A DNA stretch of 64,000 bases from an uncultured Acidobacteriota bacterium (GTDB lineage Bacteria; Acidobacteriota; Blastocatellia; RBC074). Below the pieces are notes generated by a model, which was not told where the DNA came from, ran no database searches, and worked only from the letters and a program-made list of their open reading frames with translations. The stretch covers positions 224,001-288,000 of the forward strand of contig CAWCKY010000006.1 in the NCBI GenBank assembly GCA_963796275.1, given 5' to 3'. Below are positions 18,485 through 28,903 of the stretch, piece by piece; position 1 is the first letter of the stretch, and each line of letters begins with the position of its first letter. The position numbers and the translations under genes are program-made.

Positions 18485-20116
18485 ATGAAGTTCTCTAAAT
18501 TGGCTGCAATCTACGATCGTATTCTGCACACAGGCAGTGAGGCGAAGAGGATAAGCATTCTCGCTGACCTATTCAGAAGGTTGGATCAAAAGACATTAAG
18601 AGCGTCCGTGCATATAACGGCGGGCGAAGTGATCGATCCGCAGCTATCGGATCGACTTGGCATCGGGCCGGGAACGATTCGGACAGCCCTTACTGCAGCT
18701 TCAGGCAAAAAAGCTAGTGAGATCGAGAAAAGAATAAAAGAGACGGGCGATCTGAGCGATGTTGTGGCAGAGCTGACGGACGGCGCCGATCATCTCGCGG
18801 TGGATGAGTTATGGCAACTGACCAATCGCACAGTCGAAAAGGATAATGACAGGCTGAAGTTGCTCGAGTATATCTTCACTCACACTTCGTCACAGGGCGC
18901 GCAATACTTTACTCGCGCAGTGCTCAACCAGATGCGCATCGGCGTTGGCCGCGGAACTCTGATCAAAGGGATCGCCAGAGCATTCGATGTCGAGGCCGAT
19001 CAGGTAGAGCGTCTCTACGTCATGACAAACGATATCGGTCTTACTGCATCCCGCGCCAAACAAGGCACCAGGGGTCTTAAAAATTCGAGCCTCTCCCTCT
19101 TTCACCCTTATCAGTTTATGAGCGCGCATAAGGTGGACGATCCACAGCAGATATTCAGGCGCCTGGGCAAGAAGCCGATTCTTTTTGAAGTGAAATACGA
19201 CGGCGTGCGATTGCAGATCCACATAAAAGATGACCGACGTTCAGAGATCAAATTCTATTCCCGCCGGCTCAATGACAGTACAGAGGCTCTACCCGACGTA
19301 GCGCAAGCCTTGAAAAAAGCCTGGAAGGGACGCGATGCGATCATCGAAGGGGAAGCAGTGGCTTTCGATCCGGCATTGAAGAAGAAACAGCCGTTTCAGG
19401 CAGTGCTCATGCGGTTGGGGCGCAAGCACGGTGTCGCGGAGAAAGCGCGGCAGGTGCCGCTCATTCTCTATCTCTTCGACCTGCTCTATTATGATGGGCA
19501 GGATCTGATGGAGGTGGAACAGAGTGAGCGCCGCCGAAGGCTCAAAACACTCTTCAACGCAACTGAACGCGTGAAGCTAACCGAAGGGATAGTCTCCGAC
19601 AGGATCGAAGAGGAAGAGCGGTTTTTCAAACAGGCGATCAAGGCCGGACACGAAGGATTGATCGCCAAAGACCCGGAAGCGCCTTATCTGCCGGGGAAGC
19701 GATCCGATTACTGGATGAAACTAAAGCCTGAGTTCGAGACACTCGATGTAGTGGTTGTCGGCGGTATCTGGGGCTCAGGGCGGCGTCGCGGCTCGCTCTC
19801 CAGCCTCATCCTCGCAGTTCGCGATAAGGATGAGTATAGAACAGTAGGGAAAGTCGGGACTGGTTTCTCGGAAGAGGTTTTACAGAGTCTGACCGCCAGG
19901 CTTGAACCGCTGATCATAACCGCGCACGGGCGTCACGTTGAGATCGAACCGAACGTGGTTATCGAGGTTGACTTTCAAGGGATACAGAAGACGACAGCTT
20001 ATACCTCGGGTTATGCATTGCGCATCCCTCGTTTCCGGCGCGAACGCACCGATAAAAGCACGCGCGAAGCCGATACGCTCGCGCGTTTGAAGAAGCTCCA
20101 ACGGCAGTCGCATTAA
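18485..20116 (+). CDS. ATP-dependent DNA ligase (LigB/archaeal-like, with N-terminal DNA-binding domain)
   Basis: Adenylation motif EVKYDGVR, IEGEAV, YLFDLL, EGLIAK, WMKLK and OB-fold ALRIPRFRRERTDK. Confidence 0.93.
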   Translation: MKFSKLAAIYDRILHTGSEAKRISILADLFRRLDQKTLRASVHITAGEVIDPQLSDRLGIGPGTIRTALTAASGKKASEIEKRIKETGDLSDVVAELTDGADHLAVDELWQLTNRTVEKDNDRLKLLEYIFTHTSSQGAQYFTRAVLNQMRIGVGRGTLIKGIARAFDVEADQVERLYVMTNDIGLTASRAKQGTRGLKNSSLSLFHPYQFMSAHKVDDPQQIFRRLGKKPILFEVKYDGVRLQIHIKDDRRSEIKFYSRRLNDSTEALPDVAQALKKAWKGRDAIIEGEAVAFDPALKKKQPFQAVLMRLGRKHGVAEKARQVPLILYLFDLLYYDGQDLMEVEQSERRRRLKTLFNATERVKLTEGIVSDRIEEEERFFKQAIKAGHEGLIAKDPEAPYLPGKRSDYWMKLKPEFETLDVVVVGGIWGSGRRRGSLSSLILAVRDKDEYRTVGKVGTGFSEEVLQSLTARLEPLIITAHGRHVEIEPNVVIEVDFQGIQKTTAYTSGYALRIPRFRRERTDKSTREADTLARLKKLQRQSH

Positions 20117-20171
20117 ATAGCCTCCGTCCCATCCCCATCATATTACCTTGCTCGGAAGTTGCTGCGAACGG

Positions 20172-20585
20172 TCACGGCGCTCTGACGCGCCGGATATAGA
20201 ACCGGAGCGCGCCGGTGGCGACAACAAGAGAAGCCGCCAGTCCCAGCCAGAACCACACTGTCCAGAAAGTGGGGATTAGATCCGATGAAGACCCGGCGCT
20301 TGCGCGCGCGCGATAGATCAGCCAGGCGCTGATGAGCCCGCTCGACATCCCAATCAACGAAAAAAGCCAAGGCGCTCTATCCAATACGATGCGCCTCAAG
20401 TAAAGCAACAGGACCGCAATCATCAGGATCGGCACCAGCCAGAGCGCGCGGTCGCCGCTCCGCGCCAGATCAAAGCCACTCTCCGAATCCTTCACACCAA
20501 GGCAACTCATCTGTACCCATGGTAGAAAGAAGCAGATCAGCACGAATAAAGCAGCGCCCAGTGTTGTTCGCTTCGCATTATCCAT
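20172..20585 (-). CDS. Hypothetical membrane protein (about 4 TM helices)
   Basis: Hydrophobic segments and CFFLPW motif; co-oriented with neighbours. Confidence 0.7.
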   Translation of the reverse strand: MDNAKRTTLGAALFVLICFFLPWVQMSCLGVKDSESGFDLARSGDRALWLVPILMIAVLLLYLRRIVLDRAPWLFSLIGMSSGLISAWLIYRARASAGSSSDLIPTFWTVWFWLGLAASLVVATGALRFYIRRVRAP

Positions 20586-20597
20586 TCGGCCAGAGTA

Positions 20598-21035
20598 TCA
20601 GCGGGAAGATTGGCGCGACGCGTGGCTTTTGAACAATTCCATGATGAGTGTATGGCCGTGCTCTTCTGCCAACGTCAGGGCCGTTTTGCCGCTCGTAACG
20701 AGTTTTGCATTCAAGTCTGCGCCTTTATCAAGCAAAGTTTGGACGATATCTGCGCTACCGCTTGAAGCAGCCAGCATCAACGCCGTCATTCCATCGTTAT
20801 CGCTTACGTTCACCTCTGCCCCGTGCTCCAACAACTCTTTCACGGTCTCTGAATGCAGATTTATCGTGGCAAACATCAGAGCTGTCCGTCCAGCATCGTC
20901 CTTCGCATTCACATCGGCGCCCTGGCTCAGCAATGTTTTTACAGTCTCGGTTTTGCCTTCGAGCGCCGCGAACATCAAATCCGTACGGTGCTCCTTATAT
21001 CTTTCAGCGGTGCTCATGTTTGCGCGTGTCGGCAT
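20598..21035 (-). CDS. Ankyrin repeat protein
   Basis: About 4 repeats of G.TALM.A...G....V..LL..GADVN. Confidence 0.92.
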   Translation of the reverse strand: MPTRANMSTAERYKEHRTDLMFAALEGKTETVKTLLSQGADVNAKDDAGRTALMFATINLHSETVKELLEHGAEVNVSDNDGMTALMLAASSGSADIVQTLLDKGADLNAKLVTSGKTALTLAEEHGHTLIMELFKSHASRQSSR

Positions 21036-21057
21036 ATCCTTTTCCTATTCGCAAATC

Positions 21058-21408
21058 CTATTCACAAAAATTATAGATCGATTGATCCCCCTGCTTTCGA
21101 CAGGCGATGATCACGGACTCGAACGTGCGCCGGTACTCCTGTGGCTCCGCGAGAATAATCGCGCTCTCACTCTCAATGAGCTTGATCGCAGTGAAAGTTG
21201 AGAGTTCGATCACGGTCGTGTAGTAACGATCTCGGTCCTCGACATGGGCTACGACCACTCGCCCATCCGGCTCGACCCTCACATAGCCGGTATGGGTTTG
21301 CGTGATCCCCTGGCTGAAGCGCAGCCGCAACTCTACGTCGCGGCCTTCGTCCTGCCAGAGCTTGATCGTCTGCACCGCCTCGTTTTGACTGATGATCTTC
21401 TCTTGCAT
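21058..21408 (-). CDS. Hypothetical protein
   Basis: 116-aa ORF in a run of co-oriented genes; protein-like composition. Confidence 0.6.
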   Translation of the reverse strand: MQEKIISQNEAVQTIKLWQDEGRDVELRLRFSQGITQTHTGYVRVEPDGRVVVAHVEDRDRYYTTVIELSTFTAIKLIESESAIILAEPQEYRRTFESVIIACRKQGDQSIYNFCE

Positions 21409-21473
21409 CGCTGACCAGCACTCTCTCTGCCATTTAGAGCTTTAGTTGATCCTCGGCGCTGGGGGGCACTGTA

Positions 21474-21960
21474 TTACCCGGCAGCCTGGCTCACCCTGCG
21501 TTTGTAGGTTCCCATCAACTGACCTGTTGCGAGGATGTGTCCCTCCATCGCGCGCGCCAATTCATGTTTTGTCGCCCCCTCTTGCAACGGGAGCTCGATG
21601 TCGAGCGCATAGAGGCGAAAGACGTAACGATGGAAATTGCCAGGAGGAGGGCATGGCCCGTCGTAGCCGATATTTTTGAAATCATTCTGGCCCTGGCTGG
21701 CACCGCTCACCTCAAGAGGCCCAGTAGTCGGCAACGCCTCAGGCAGATCCGAAACTATCGGCGGCAGGTTGAAAATAAGCCAATGAACGAAGACTCCCGA
21801 AGGCGCATCCGGTATCTTCACAGATGAGTGCGAGGCTTTGTGCGTCCTTCGGAATGTTTCCCCACCGCAGCGAAGGGGAAACATTGTTGCCATCGCAGGT
21901 GTATTGAACCGGTATGGTTTCACCATGGTGAAAGGCGGTGCTTAAAACTTGAATATCCAT
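21474..21960 (-). pseudogene. YbhB/YbcL (PEBP, Raf kinase inhibitor-like) gene with a +1 frameshift at ~21813
   Basis: MDIQVLSTAF..IPVQYTCDG.NVSP.L.W..SLALICED joins PDAP..FVHW..YDGPCPP..HRYVFRLYALD if one base is removed. Confidence 0.85.
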
Positions 21961-22260
21961 GTCAATCTTCTCCCTCGGGGAAAATTGCTCCTTGCTGGAA
22001 GTAGCGGCTTGTACCCATCTCATACGATTACCTGATACAAGCTGGAACCATATTGATTGAGTTGTGCGAACTATGATCTCGACGAAACGAAATTCTCCAA
22101 GCCGTAAATCAGAAATAAGTTGCAAGGGGAATGCCATAATGGAGACATAGCGCGAAATCTGAGATGAGCAATACAGGCGGTATCTAAGCCATACACTATA
22201 TCTAATGTTTCCATACATCCGGCCTGGTTCAAGATGCATAGTTGAGTAATTGGACCACCA

Positions 22261-22275
22261 TGGCTCGCTGCTTGC
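22261..22275 (+). promoter_or_regulatory. Putative sigma54 promoter of the epimerase-VKOR-SPW operon
   Basis: TGGCTCGCTGCTTGC, GG-N10-GC, ~130 nt upstream of ATG 22408. Confidence 0.55.
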
Positions 22276-22407
22276 TGTATTACCTATTTGAGCTCGAGTT
22301 TAACAACTTTCAGTCTTTAGGAGATTTCATTGTATTTAGCAAAATCAGCCTATTTTGCTGTTTCCACTGAGATCGACGAAAGAAAGAACTGAAGAGGAGC
22401 AGGTAAT

Positions 22408-23568
22408 ATGGAGACAGAAGCTGAAATCAAATCAAAGTCGCAAGATTTCCCGGTGGGGGGTGAAATAGAGTTCGCGGAAGCGGAGAAGCCGATCGTGCTG
22501 GTGATAGGCAGTGCGGGGCTGATCGGGGCGAAAATAGTTGCATCTTTCGCGCCATACTACCGGGTCATAGGTTTAGACGTGAAGCGTCCGAAGCAGGAAG
22601 TAACCGGCGCCGAGTGGATAGAGTGCGATGTGACCAAAGACCGCAGCGTTAAACAGGCGCTCGGCAAAGTACGAGACAAATACGGCGAGCGAATAGCGAG
22701 CGTAATCCACCTGGCCGCCTATTATGATTTCTTGGGAGCCCCCAGCCCGCTCTATCGCACGCTCACAGTCGAAGGCGCGCGGCGAGTGCTCAAGGGGCTG
22801 CAGATGTTTCAAGTCGAGCAGTTCATCTTTTCGAGCACGCTTTTGGTGATGAAGCCCGTCGAGGAAGAAGACGAAATCATCACCGAGCGATCTCCGGTCG
22901 AATCGGAGGAAGAGGCGTGGGACTACCCGCGTTCGAAGCTCGAAGCCGAGCGCGTCATCCGGGATGAGCGCGGCTCGATTCCGGCAGTGATCCTTCGCAT
23001 CGCGGGCGTCTATGACGAAGAATGTCATTCGATCCCGCTCGCACAACAGATCGGCCGTATCTACGAGAAGAGACTGGAAAGCTACTTCTTCCCGGGCGAC
23101 GCCGATCACGGCCAGGCGTTTGTGCATCTAGATGATCTGGTGAACCTATTTCAGCTGACCGTTGAGATGCGCTACGAGCTTGGTTCGCACGAGATCTTCT
23201 TGATCGCTGAACCGGAAGTGATGAGCTATGACGAACTGCAGGAGCAGATCGGCGAGTTGATTCACGGTGAGGAGTGGCCGGCGATCCGCATTCCTAAGGT
23301 CGTCGCCAAGGCTGGCGCGTGGGCGCAGGAGAATATCCTGGGTCAAGAGACGTTCATCAAACCGTGGATGGTGGATATGGCCGACACTCATTACCCGGTC
23401 GAAATCGAGCGGGCGCGGATCCGGCTCGGGTGGGAGCCGCAACACAAATTGCGCGACACGCTCAATAAGATGATAGGCAGTCTGAAGCGAGATCCCGAGC
23501 GATGGTATGAGATCAATGGATTGGCCAAGGGGAAAGGCAAGAAGAGAAAGAGCGCGAAGACGAGGTAG
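22408..23568 (+). CDS. NAD-dependent epimerase/dehydratase (extended SDR)
   Basis: GSAGLIG Rossmann motif, IHLAA, FSST, YPRSK catalytic motif. Confidence 0.9.
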   Translation: METEAEIKSKSQDFPVGGEIEFAEAEKPIVLVIGSAGLIGAKIVASFAPYYRVIGLDVKRPKQEVTGAEWIECDVTKDRSVKQALGKVRDKYGERIASVIHLAAYYDFLGAPSPLYRTLTVEGARRVLKGLQMFQVEQFIFSSTLLVMKPVEEEDEIITERSPVESEEEAWDYPRSKLEAERVIRDERGSIPAVILRIAGVYDEECHSIPLAQQIGRIYEKRLESYFFPGDADHGQAFVHLDDLVNLFQLTVEMRYELGSHEIFLIAEPEVMSYDELQEQIGELIHGEEWPAIRIPKVVAKAGAWAQENILGQETFIKPWMVDMADTHYPVEIERARIRLGWEPQHKLRDTLNKMIGSLKRDPERWYEINGLAKGKGKKRKSAKTR

Positions 23569-23571
23569 AAG

Positions 23572-24237
23572 ATGAATCATTATGCAGGCATTTGGCCAGA
23601 TCTCGACGTCGCGGCTCCACCGTGGAGGCACAACCCGTCGTCATGGAGAGATCGTGTGCCGATCGCAATTCTCGCAGGCGTGGCTTTTCTCATTGCGACC
23701 TATATGGCGCTCTATCAGTGGCGGCTGATAGCCGACGTCTGGGATCCGATCTTCGGCGAGCAGACGAAGCGTGTGCTCGATTCCGATGTCTCGGAACGGA
23801 TGCGCCGCTGGATCGGTTTACCTGATGCGGCGCTGGGAGCGATCGCATATCTGGGCGATTTGATCTTCGGGCTGGCCGGGTCGACGCGTCGCTGGCAGTA
23901 CCGCCCGTGGATGGTCTTGCTCTTCGGGCTGGACGTGATTCCGCTCGGCCTAGTCAGCGTGGTGCTGGTCGTGCTGCAGGGCACAGCAGTAGGGGCATGG
24001 TGTTTTTTGTGTCTGGTGACGGCAGTGATTTCGATCGCTCTTATCGTGCTCTCGTATGATGAGGTCTGGTCGAGCATCTTGTATCTGCGTCGCGTATGGC
24101 AGCGAACGCGCAAGTTAAGCGTCGTGTGGAATACATTCTGGGGCAGGCCATCCCGTGCGGCTGAGGACGCGGCGCTCGCCTCGGTTACTCCCGCTGTGAT
24201 CTCCTCCATGCATAGAGGAATTGAGGGGAAAGCGTAA
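23572..24237 (+). CDS. Vitamin K epoxide reductase (VKOR) family membrane protein
   Basis: Four TM helices, RVLDS..S, LPDAALG and the CXXC motif WCFLC. Confidence 0.8.
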   Translation: MNHYAGIWPDLDVAAPPWRHNPSSWRDRVPIAILAGVAFLIATYMALYQWRLIADVWDPIFGEQTKRVLDSDVSERMRRWIGLPDAALGAIAYLGDLIFGLAGSTRRWQYRPWMVLLFGLDVIPLGLVSVVLVVLQGTAVGAWCFLCLVTAVISIALIVLSYDEVWSSILYLRRVWQRTRKLSVVWNTFWGRPSRAAEDAALASVTPAVISSMHRGIEGKA

Positions 24238-24656
24238 TGTGGGCCCGAGTCATTGAAGTGATGCTCGGGTTCTGGCTTTCCGTCAGCCCGTTCATCTTCC
24301 GCCATCCGGCGGATGAGCGGGCTCTATGGGTTAACGACTTGTTTTGCGCCATCGCCATCGTCACGCTCGCATTGCTGTCATATTGGCAGCGAATGCGCCA
24401 CGCACATTTGGCGATCGCGGCGGTTGCCATATGGCTTATGGGGTTCGGCTATTTCGGATCACCGCACCCGCTGCCGCCCGCGCTGCAAAACGATCTGCTG
24501 ATAGGCATGCTGCTCTTGATGTTCGCCATCATCCCGAATAGAGCAAGCCTGCCGCCGAAGTCATGGCTGGATCGTATGCAGGAGATCGACGTGGGTACGC
24601 GCCGGGGTGGTGGGCTAACGAAGCACAAGAAAAGAGAAGGAGTTGATACTGAATGA
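24237..24656 (+). CDS. SPW-repeat membrane protein
   Basis: GFWLSVSPFIF-type helix; start overlaps the VKOR stop. Confidence 0.7.
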   Translation: MWARVIEVMLGFWLSVSPFIFRHPADERALWVNDLFCAIAIVTLALLSYWQRMRHAHLAIAAVAIWLMGFGYFGSPHPLPPALQNDLLIGMLLLMFAIIPNRASLPPKSWLDRMQEIDVGTRRGGGLTKHKKREGVDTE

Positions 24657-24908
24657 TTAGCTTATTGCGCTGCATATCATTCTTGGTCCTCATGGTCACA
24701 GCTCAACTAGGTGTGCGATGCGATCGGCGGCAACCGATCCCGAAAGGAGAGCACGCTCCGCTTGCGGCTCAAGGCTTTCGCGTCACGATCTATGCCGACG
24801 TTGCCGATGATGCCGGAAACACTATCTGACGCGTGGAAGAAAGTAGCGCTGCAAAAGCGCAGGGGCGATGAAAGTCGATACTGAGAGCACGGAAAAGGGT
24901 GGCCGCTC

Positions 24909-26282
24909 ATGTCAGAAAAGACAGCGGATGTGCTTGTGGTTGGTGCCGGTGCGGCGGGACTTGCTGCCGGGCGCGACCTCGGGGCCGCGGGACTGAAAGT
25001 CTGTGTGATTGAGGCGCGTGATCGCATCGGCGGGCGAATCCACACACTGCATGACAGCTCAGTTGAAATACCCATCGAGTTGGGAGCCGAGTTCATTCAT
25101 GGCCGGCCGAACGAAATTTGGGAGATAGTTCACAAGGCAGAGTTGAGAACCAGCCAAGTGGCGGGTGAGAACTGGTTTGCAGAAGGCGGACGTCTCACGC
25201 CGTGCGTCGATCCAGGGATGAAGGATATCCAAGGGAAGGGAATCATCCGGCAGATTGATCGCTCCGCTTCTCCTGATCTCTCGTTTCGTGAGTTCATCGA
25301 AACGCATTTCCAGAGCGCAGCTTTCGAACGGGAGCGCGCAGCGGCCACGCGGTACGTCGAAGGCTTTCACGCCGCACGCACGGAGCTTATCAGCGCGCGG
25401 GCGCTCGCCAGGAGTGAAGACGCCGCTCGGAAAATCTCAGGTGATGTAGCCTCCCGTCTGCGCGATGGCTACGATAGCATCATCGAACGATTGCGGTTTG
25501 AGATGGGAGTGAACGGGGTGACGCTCCGGTTGGGCGCCGCCGCTGAGACCATCGAATGGGGCGCGGGTCATGTCGAGGTCAGAGCTTTCAGGCGAGTAGA
25601 TTCATCAGAGGAAATTTTCAGCGCGCGGCGTGCCGTCATCACGCTGCCGTTGGGAGTGCTGCAAGCGCCGCCTCACGCCGAGGGCAGCATCAGATTCCGC
25701 CCCGCGCTCGCGAGTAAGAAGGAAGCGATGTGCCATCTTGTGATGGGAGCGGCGGTGAGAGTGATACTGAGATTTCGTGAGCGATGGTGGGAAGATGGCC
25801 GACAGGTTATAGCTCTCAAGCCGACCGACGCAGATCTTGCGAAAATGAGCTTCCTTTTTTCCGCTGACGAGTGGATGCCCGTGTGGTGGACTCAGCTTCC
25901 GGTTCGTGCGCCGATCCTGGTCGGTTGGGTGGGAGGACCCGTGGCGGAGCAATTCACACTACAACCTGAGAGCTTCGTTTTGAATCATGCGTTGGACGCG
26001 CTCGCACAATTGTTTGGAATTGAGCGAAAGAGCATCGAGCGATTACTTGAAGCTCAGTACGTGCACGACTGGCAGTCCGATCCTTATGCGCGCGGCAGCT
26101 ATTCTTACGTCACAGTGGATGGGCTCAGTGCGCAGAAAGAACTGGCACGTCCCGTTGAAGGTACGTTGTTTTTCGCTGGCGAAGCGACTAACAGTGACGG
26201 GCATAACGGCACTGTCCATGGGGCCATTGCCACTGGCAGGCGTGCGGCCTTAGAAGTGCTTGAAAGTTTACGGCGGGGGTGA
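24909..26282 (+). CDS. Flavin-containing amine oxidase family protein
   Basis: GAGAAGL, EARDRIGGR, ELGAEFIHG, WQSDPYARGSYS, FAGEAT, GTVHGAIATG. Confidence 0.92.
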   Translation: MSEKTADVLVVGAGAAGLAAGRDLGAAGLKVCVIEARDRIGGRIHTLHDSSVEIPIELGAEFIHGRPNEIWEIVHKAELRTSQVAGENWFAEGGRLTPCVDPGMKDIQGKGIIRQIDRSASPDLSFREFIETHFQSAAFERERAAATRYVEGFHAARTELISARALARSEDAARKISGDVASRLRDGYDSIIERLRFEMGVNGVTLRLGAAAETIEWGAGHVEVRAFRRVDSSEEIFSARRAVITLPLGVLQAPPHAEGSIRFRPALASKKEAMCHLVMGAAVRVILRFRERWWEDGRQVIALKPTDADLAKMSFLFSADEWMPVWWTQLPVRAPILVGWVGGPVAEQFTLQPESFVLNHALDALAQLFGIERKSIERLLEAQYVHDWQSDPYARGSYSYVTVDGLSAQKELARPVEGTLFFAGEATNSDGHNGTVHGAIATGRRAALEVLESLRRG

Positions 26283-26342
26283 GTCTTGTCCTGAGATTCG
26301 CGATCCCGCGACCTCGACGACTAGTTCAGATCCCGGGAAATC

Positions 26343-28745
26343 TCATTCGTGTCGCAGTGCCGTGATCGGATCTACCTTCATCGCGCGCCGGGCAGGCAGA
26401 TAGCTCGCCGTCAGCGCCACGCCCGCAAAAAACAGCGCGATCAATACGAAAATGAGAGGGTCGGCGGCGCTCACGCCGTAAAGCAGGCTTGAAAGAAAAC
26501 GTGTCAGTGCGAGCGCGAGCGTCAGGCCTGCTGCGACGCCGATCATTGTCAGCCTCAGCCCTTGTCCCAGGACGAGTTTGAGCAGATCGCGTCTCTGCGC
26601 GCCGAGCGCCAGGCGTATGCCCATCTCGCGCGTGCGCTGCGCGACCAGATAAGAGATCACGCCGTAAATTCCCATCGCCGCCAGGAGCAGCGCGACTGCT
26701 CCCAACACTCCCATCAGCAACGCAAGGACGCGCCGTGATATGGCTGTACGATTGACCATCTCTTCCAGCGTCCTTAAGTTTATCGCCGCCCGGTTGTCCA
26801 ATCTTTGGATGGTTTCGCGCACAGCGGCGGCCCATTGAGCCGGATTTCCGCTGGTACGAACGATCAGTGTCATCGAGCCGCGGCGCATCGGCAGATAGAT
26901 TTCAGGGCGCGGTTCGGTGGCCAGTCCGAACTGCTTCACGTCACCGGCGAGGCCGACCACGACCAGAGGTCCGCGCGGCAGATTGTCGTCCTGCAATAGA
27001 ATCTGTTTGCCCATCGGATCTTCATTGGGCCAGAACTTTTTCGCGAACGCGTTATTGATGATCGCCACTTCTGGTTGCGGCTTCATTTCGGCCTCGGTGA
27101 ATGGTCGCCCGTGCAGGAGCGGAATGCCGATGACTTGCAAGTAATCGGGCGTAATGGGCTGGATGTCTGCTCTGTACGATGCTGACGAGCGCCCGACGAT
27201 CGTAAAATCCACGCCGGGGTTATAGCCGACCATCGGCGGATAGGCCACGCCCCCCACCGATTCGACTCCGGGCAAAGCGCGAATCCGCCTGATGGCTTCG
27301 TCGAAATATGAGGCACGAGTTTGGTATTCGGGGCGCCCATCATTGTTGGATGGCGGAAACGAGATCGTGACCGCGCCCGCGTGTTTGGGATCGAAGCCAG
27401 GTGACTCATTCGCCAGATTGAGAACAGTGCGAATCATCAATCCGGAGCCGGTGAGCAGCGCCACCGCCAGCGCGACCTCAGCCGCAACCAGGATTCCGCT
27501 CAACCGCCTGGGGCGCGGATCGGCGCCGGCGCCGCGTGTTTTGAGACATTCGTTCAAATCCTGCCGCGCCGCCATGAGCGCCGGGCCGAGTCCGAATGCG
27601 AGACTCATCAACAACGATACGAACAGAGTAATCAGCAGCACAGGCGCGTTGATTTCGATTTCTCCCGCGCCGGGCAGCCTAATATCCCGCTCGAGGCGCA
27701 GCGCGCTCATTCCCCATGACGCGAGCAATATTCCGAACAGACTGCCGAGCATGCCGAGCGTCAGGCTTTCCACCAGCAGTTGTCGCGCGAGCCGGCCCCG
27801 GCCCGCGCCGAGCGCCATACGGATGGTGTATTCCTGGCGCCGCGTCGCATTGCGCGCCAGCAGGAGGTTGGCCAGATTCACGCTCGCTATCAGCAGCACG
27901 AATAGAACGGCGAATTGCAGCGCGAGTATCGGCGTTCGATATTTGGTAAGACTGCGGACCGTATCGCGCAGACGCGCCACCTTTACGGTCAATTCGGGCT
28001 GTCCCGCGGGCTTCTCGCGCCATGCGGCCCGCGCGAGCGCGGCCATCTCCTTCGTCGCCGCTTCCGGGCTCACACCCGGCTTGAGCGTGCCGATGATCTG
28101 GTAATGATTCGCCGTCGCATCCTGAAGCACTCCGGGTTCCTCCTCGGATTCGAGCGGCGTCCAGAAGACGGAACGGAAGGGATAGAGGAAAGACGGCGGC
28201 ATTACGCCAACGACTGTGTAGCTTCGATTGTCGAGTTTAATTGTTCGACCGATCACGCCCGCATCCGCGCCGAAGCGTTCCTGCCATAGTTTGTCGCTGA
28301 GAAGGACGACTTTGCCGGCGCCGGGGCGAAACTCTTCCGCGAGAAAGACGCGGCCCAGTTGCGCGCTTCCGCCGAGCAGCGGAAAGAACTCCGTGGAGAC
28401 GCGGCTGCCGACCACGCGCTCGACATTATCGCCGGCGGTCAGATGGACGTATATCCCACTCGAGGCGGCCATCCGCTCGAACGCGGCGTTCTGTTCTTTC
28501 CAGGCTGTGAAGTCGGGATACGAAATTCCGAACTCTGACTCCTCCCGGTTCACTTGCGATACCACCGCCATTCTTTCCGCATTCGGATATGGCAACGGCT
28601 GAAACAGCATCCAGTAAACGCCGCTGAAGATCACGGTGTTCCCTCCTATGCTGAGCGCCAGCGTAATGACGGCGATCAATGTGAAACCGGGCCTCTTCAG
28701 TAATATCCTTGCGCCGAAGCGCAGGTCTTGCCAGAGTATTTGCAT
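26343..28745 (-). CDS. ADOP family (acidobacterial duplicated orphan) ABC permease
   Basis: WQDLRFGAR..PGFTLIAVITLAL, two MacB-PCD/FtsX repeats, QRTREMGIRLALGA, PARRAMKVDP..ALRHE. Confidence 0.92.
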   Translation of the reverse strand: MQILWQDLRFGARILLKRPGFTLIAVITLALSIGGNTVIFSGVYWMLFQPLPYPNAERMAVVSQVNREESEFGISYPDFTAWKEQNAAFERMAASSGIYVHLTAGDNVERVVGSRVSTEFFPLLGGSAQLGRVFLAEEFRPGAGKVVLLSDKLWQERFGADAGVIGRTIKLDNRSYTVVGVMPPSFLYPFRSVFWTPLESEEEPGVLQDATANHYQIIGTLKPGVSPEAATKEMAALARAAWREKPAGQPELTVKVARLRDTVRSLTKYRTPILALQFAVLFVLLIASVNLANLLLARNATRRQEYTIRMALGAGRGRLARQLLVESLTLGMLGSLFGILLASWGMSALRLERDIRLPGAGEIEINAPVLLITLFVSLLMSLAFGLGPALMAARQDLNECLKTRGAGADPRPRRLSGILVAAEVALAVALLTGSGLMIRTVLNLANESPGFDPKHAGAVTISFPPSNNDGRPEYQTRASYFDEAIRRIRALPGVESVGGVAYPPMVGYNPGVDFTIVGRSSASYRADIQPITPDYLQVIGIPLLHGRPFTEAEMKPQPEVAIINNAFAKKFWPNEDPMGKQILLQDDNLPRGPLVVVGLAGDVKQFGLATEPRPEIYLPMRRGSMTLIVRTSGNPAQWAAAVRETIQRLDNRAAINLRTLEEMVNRTAISRRVLALLMGVLGAVALLLAAMGIYGVISYLVAQRTREMGIRLALGAQRRDLLKLVLGQGLRLTMIGVAAGLTLALALTRFLSSLLYGVSAADPLIFVLIALFFAGVALTASYLPARRAMKVDPITALRHE

Positions 28746-28903
28746 AAATTCTCCCTCAATTATCAAATACGTGTGGTGGGAATTTTTTGTTGAAGACTCT
28801 CAGCCACTATCCCGTTAAAGACATCGTTCCCATTACCTGCGGATTCGAGAGAGCGCAAACCATCCCGATCCACAATATATTGTGTTGCCGTGTTGAGTCG
28901 GAC

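Noticed and set aside
21961-22239. N-terminal extension of the PEBP ORF
   Set aside because: Homology begins at MDIQ (21960), which has its own SD; the upstream part looks like intergenic DNA.
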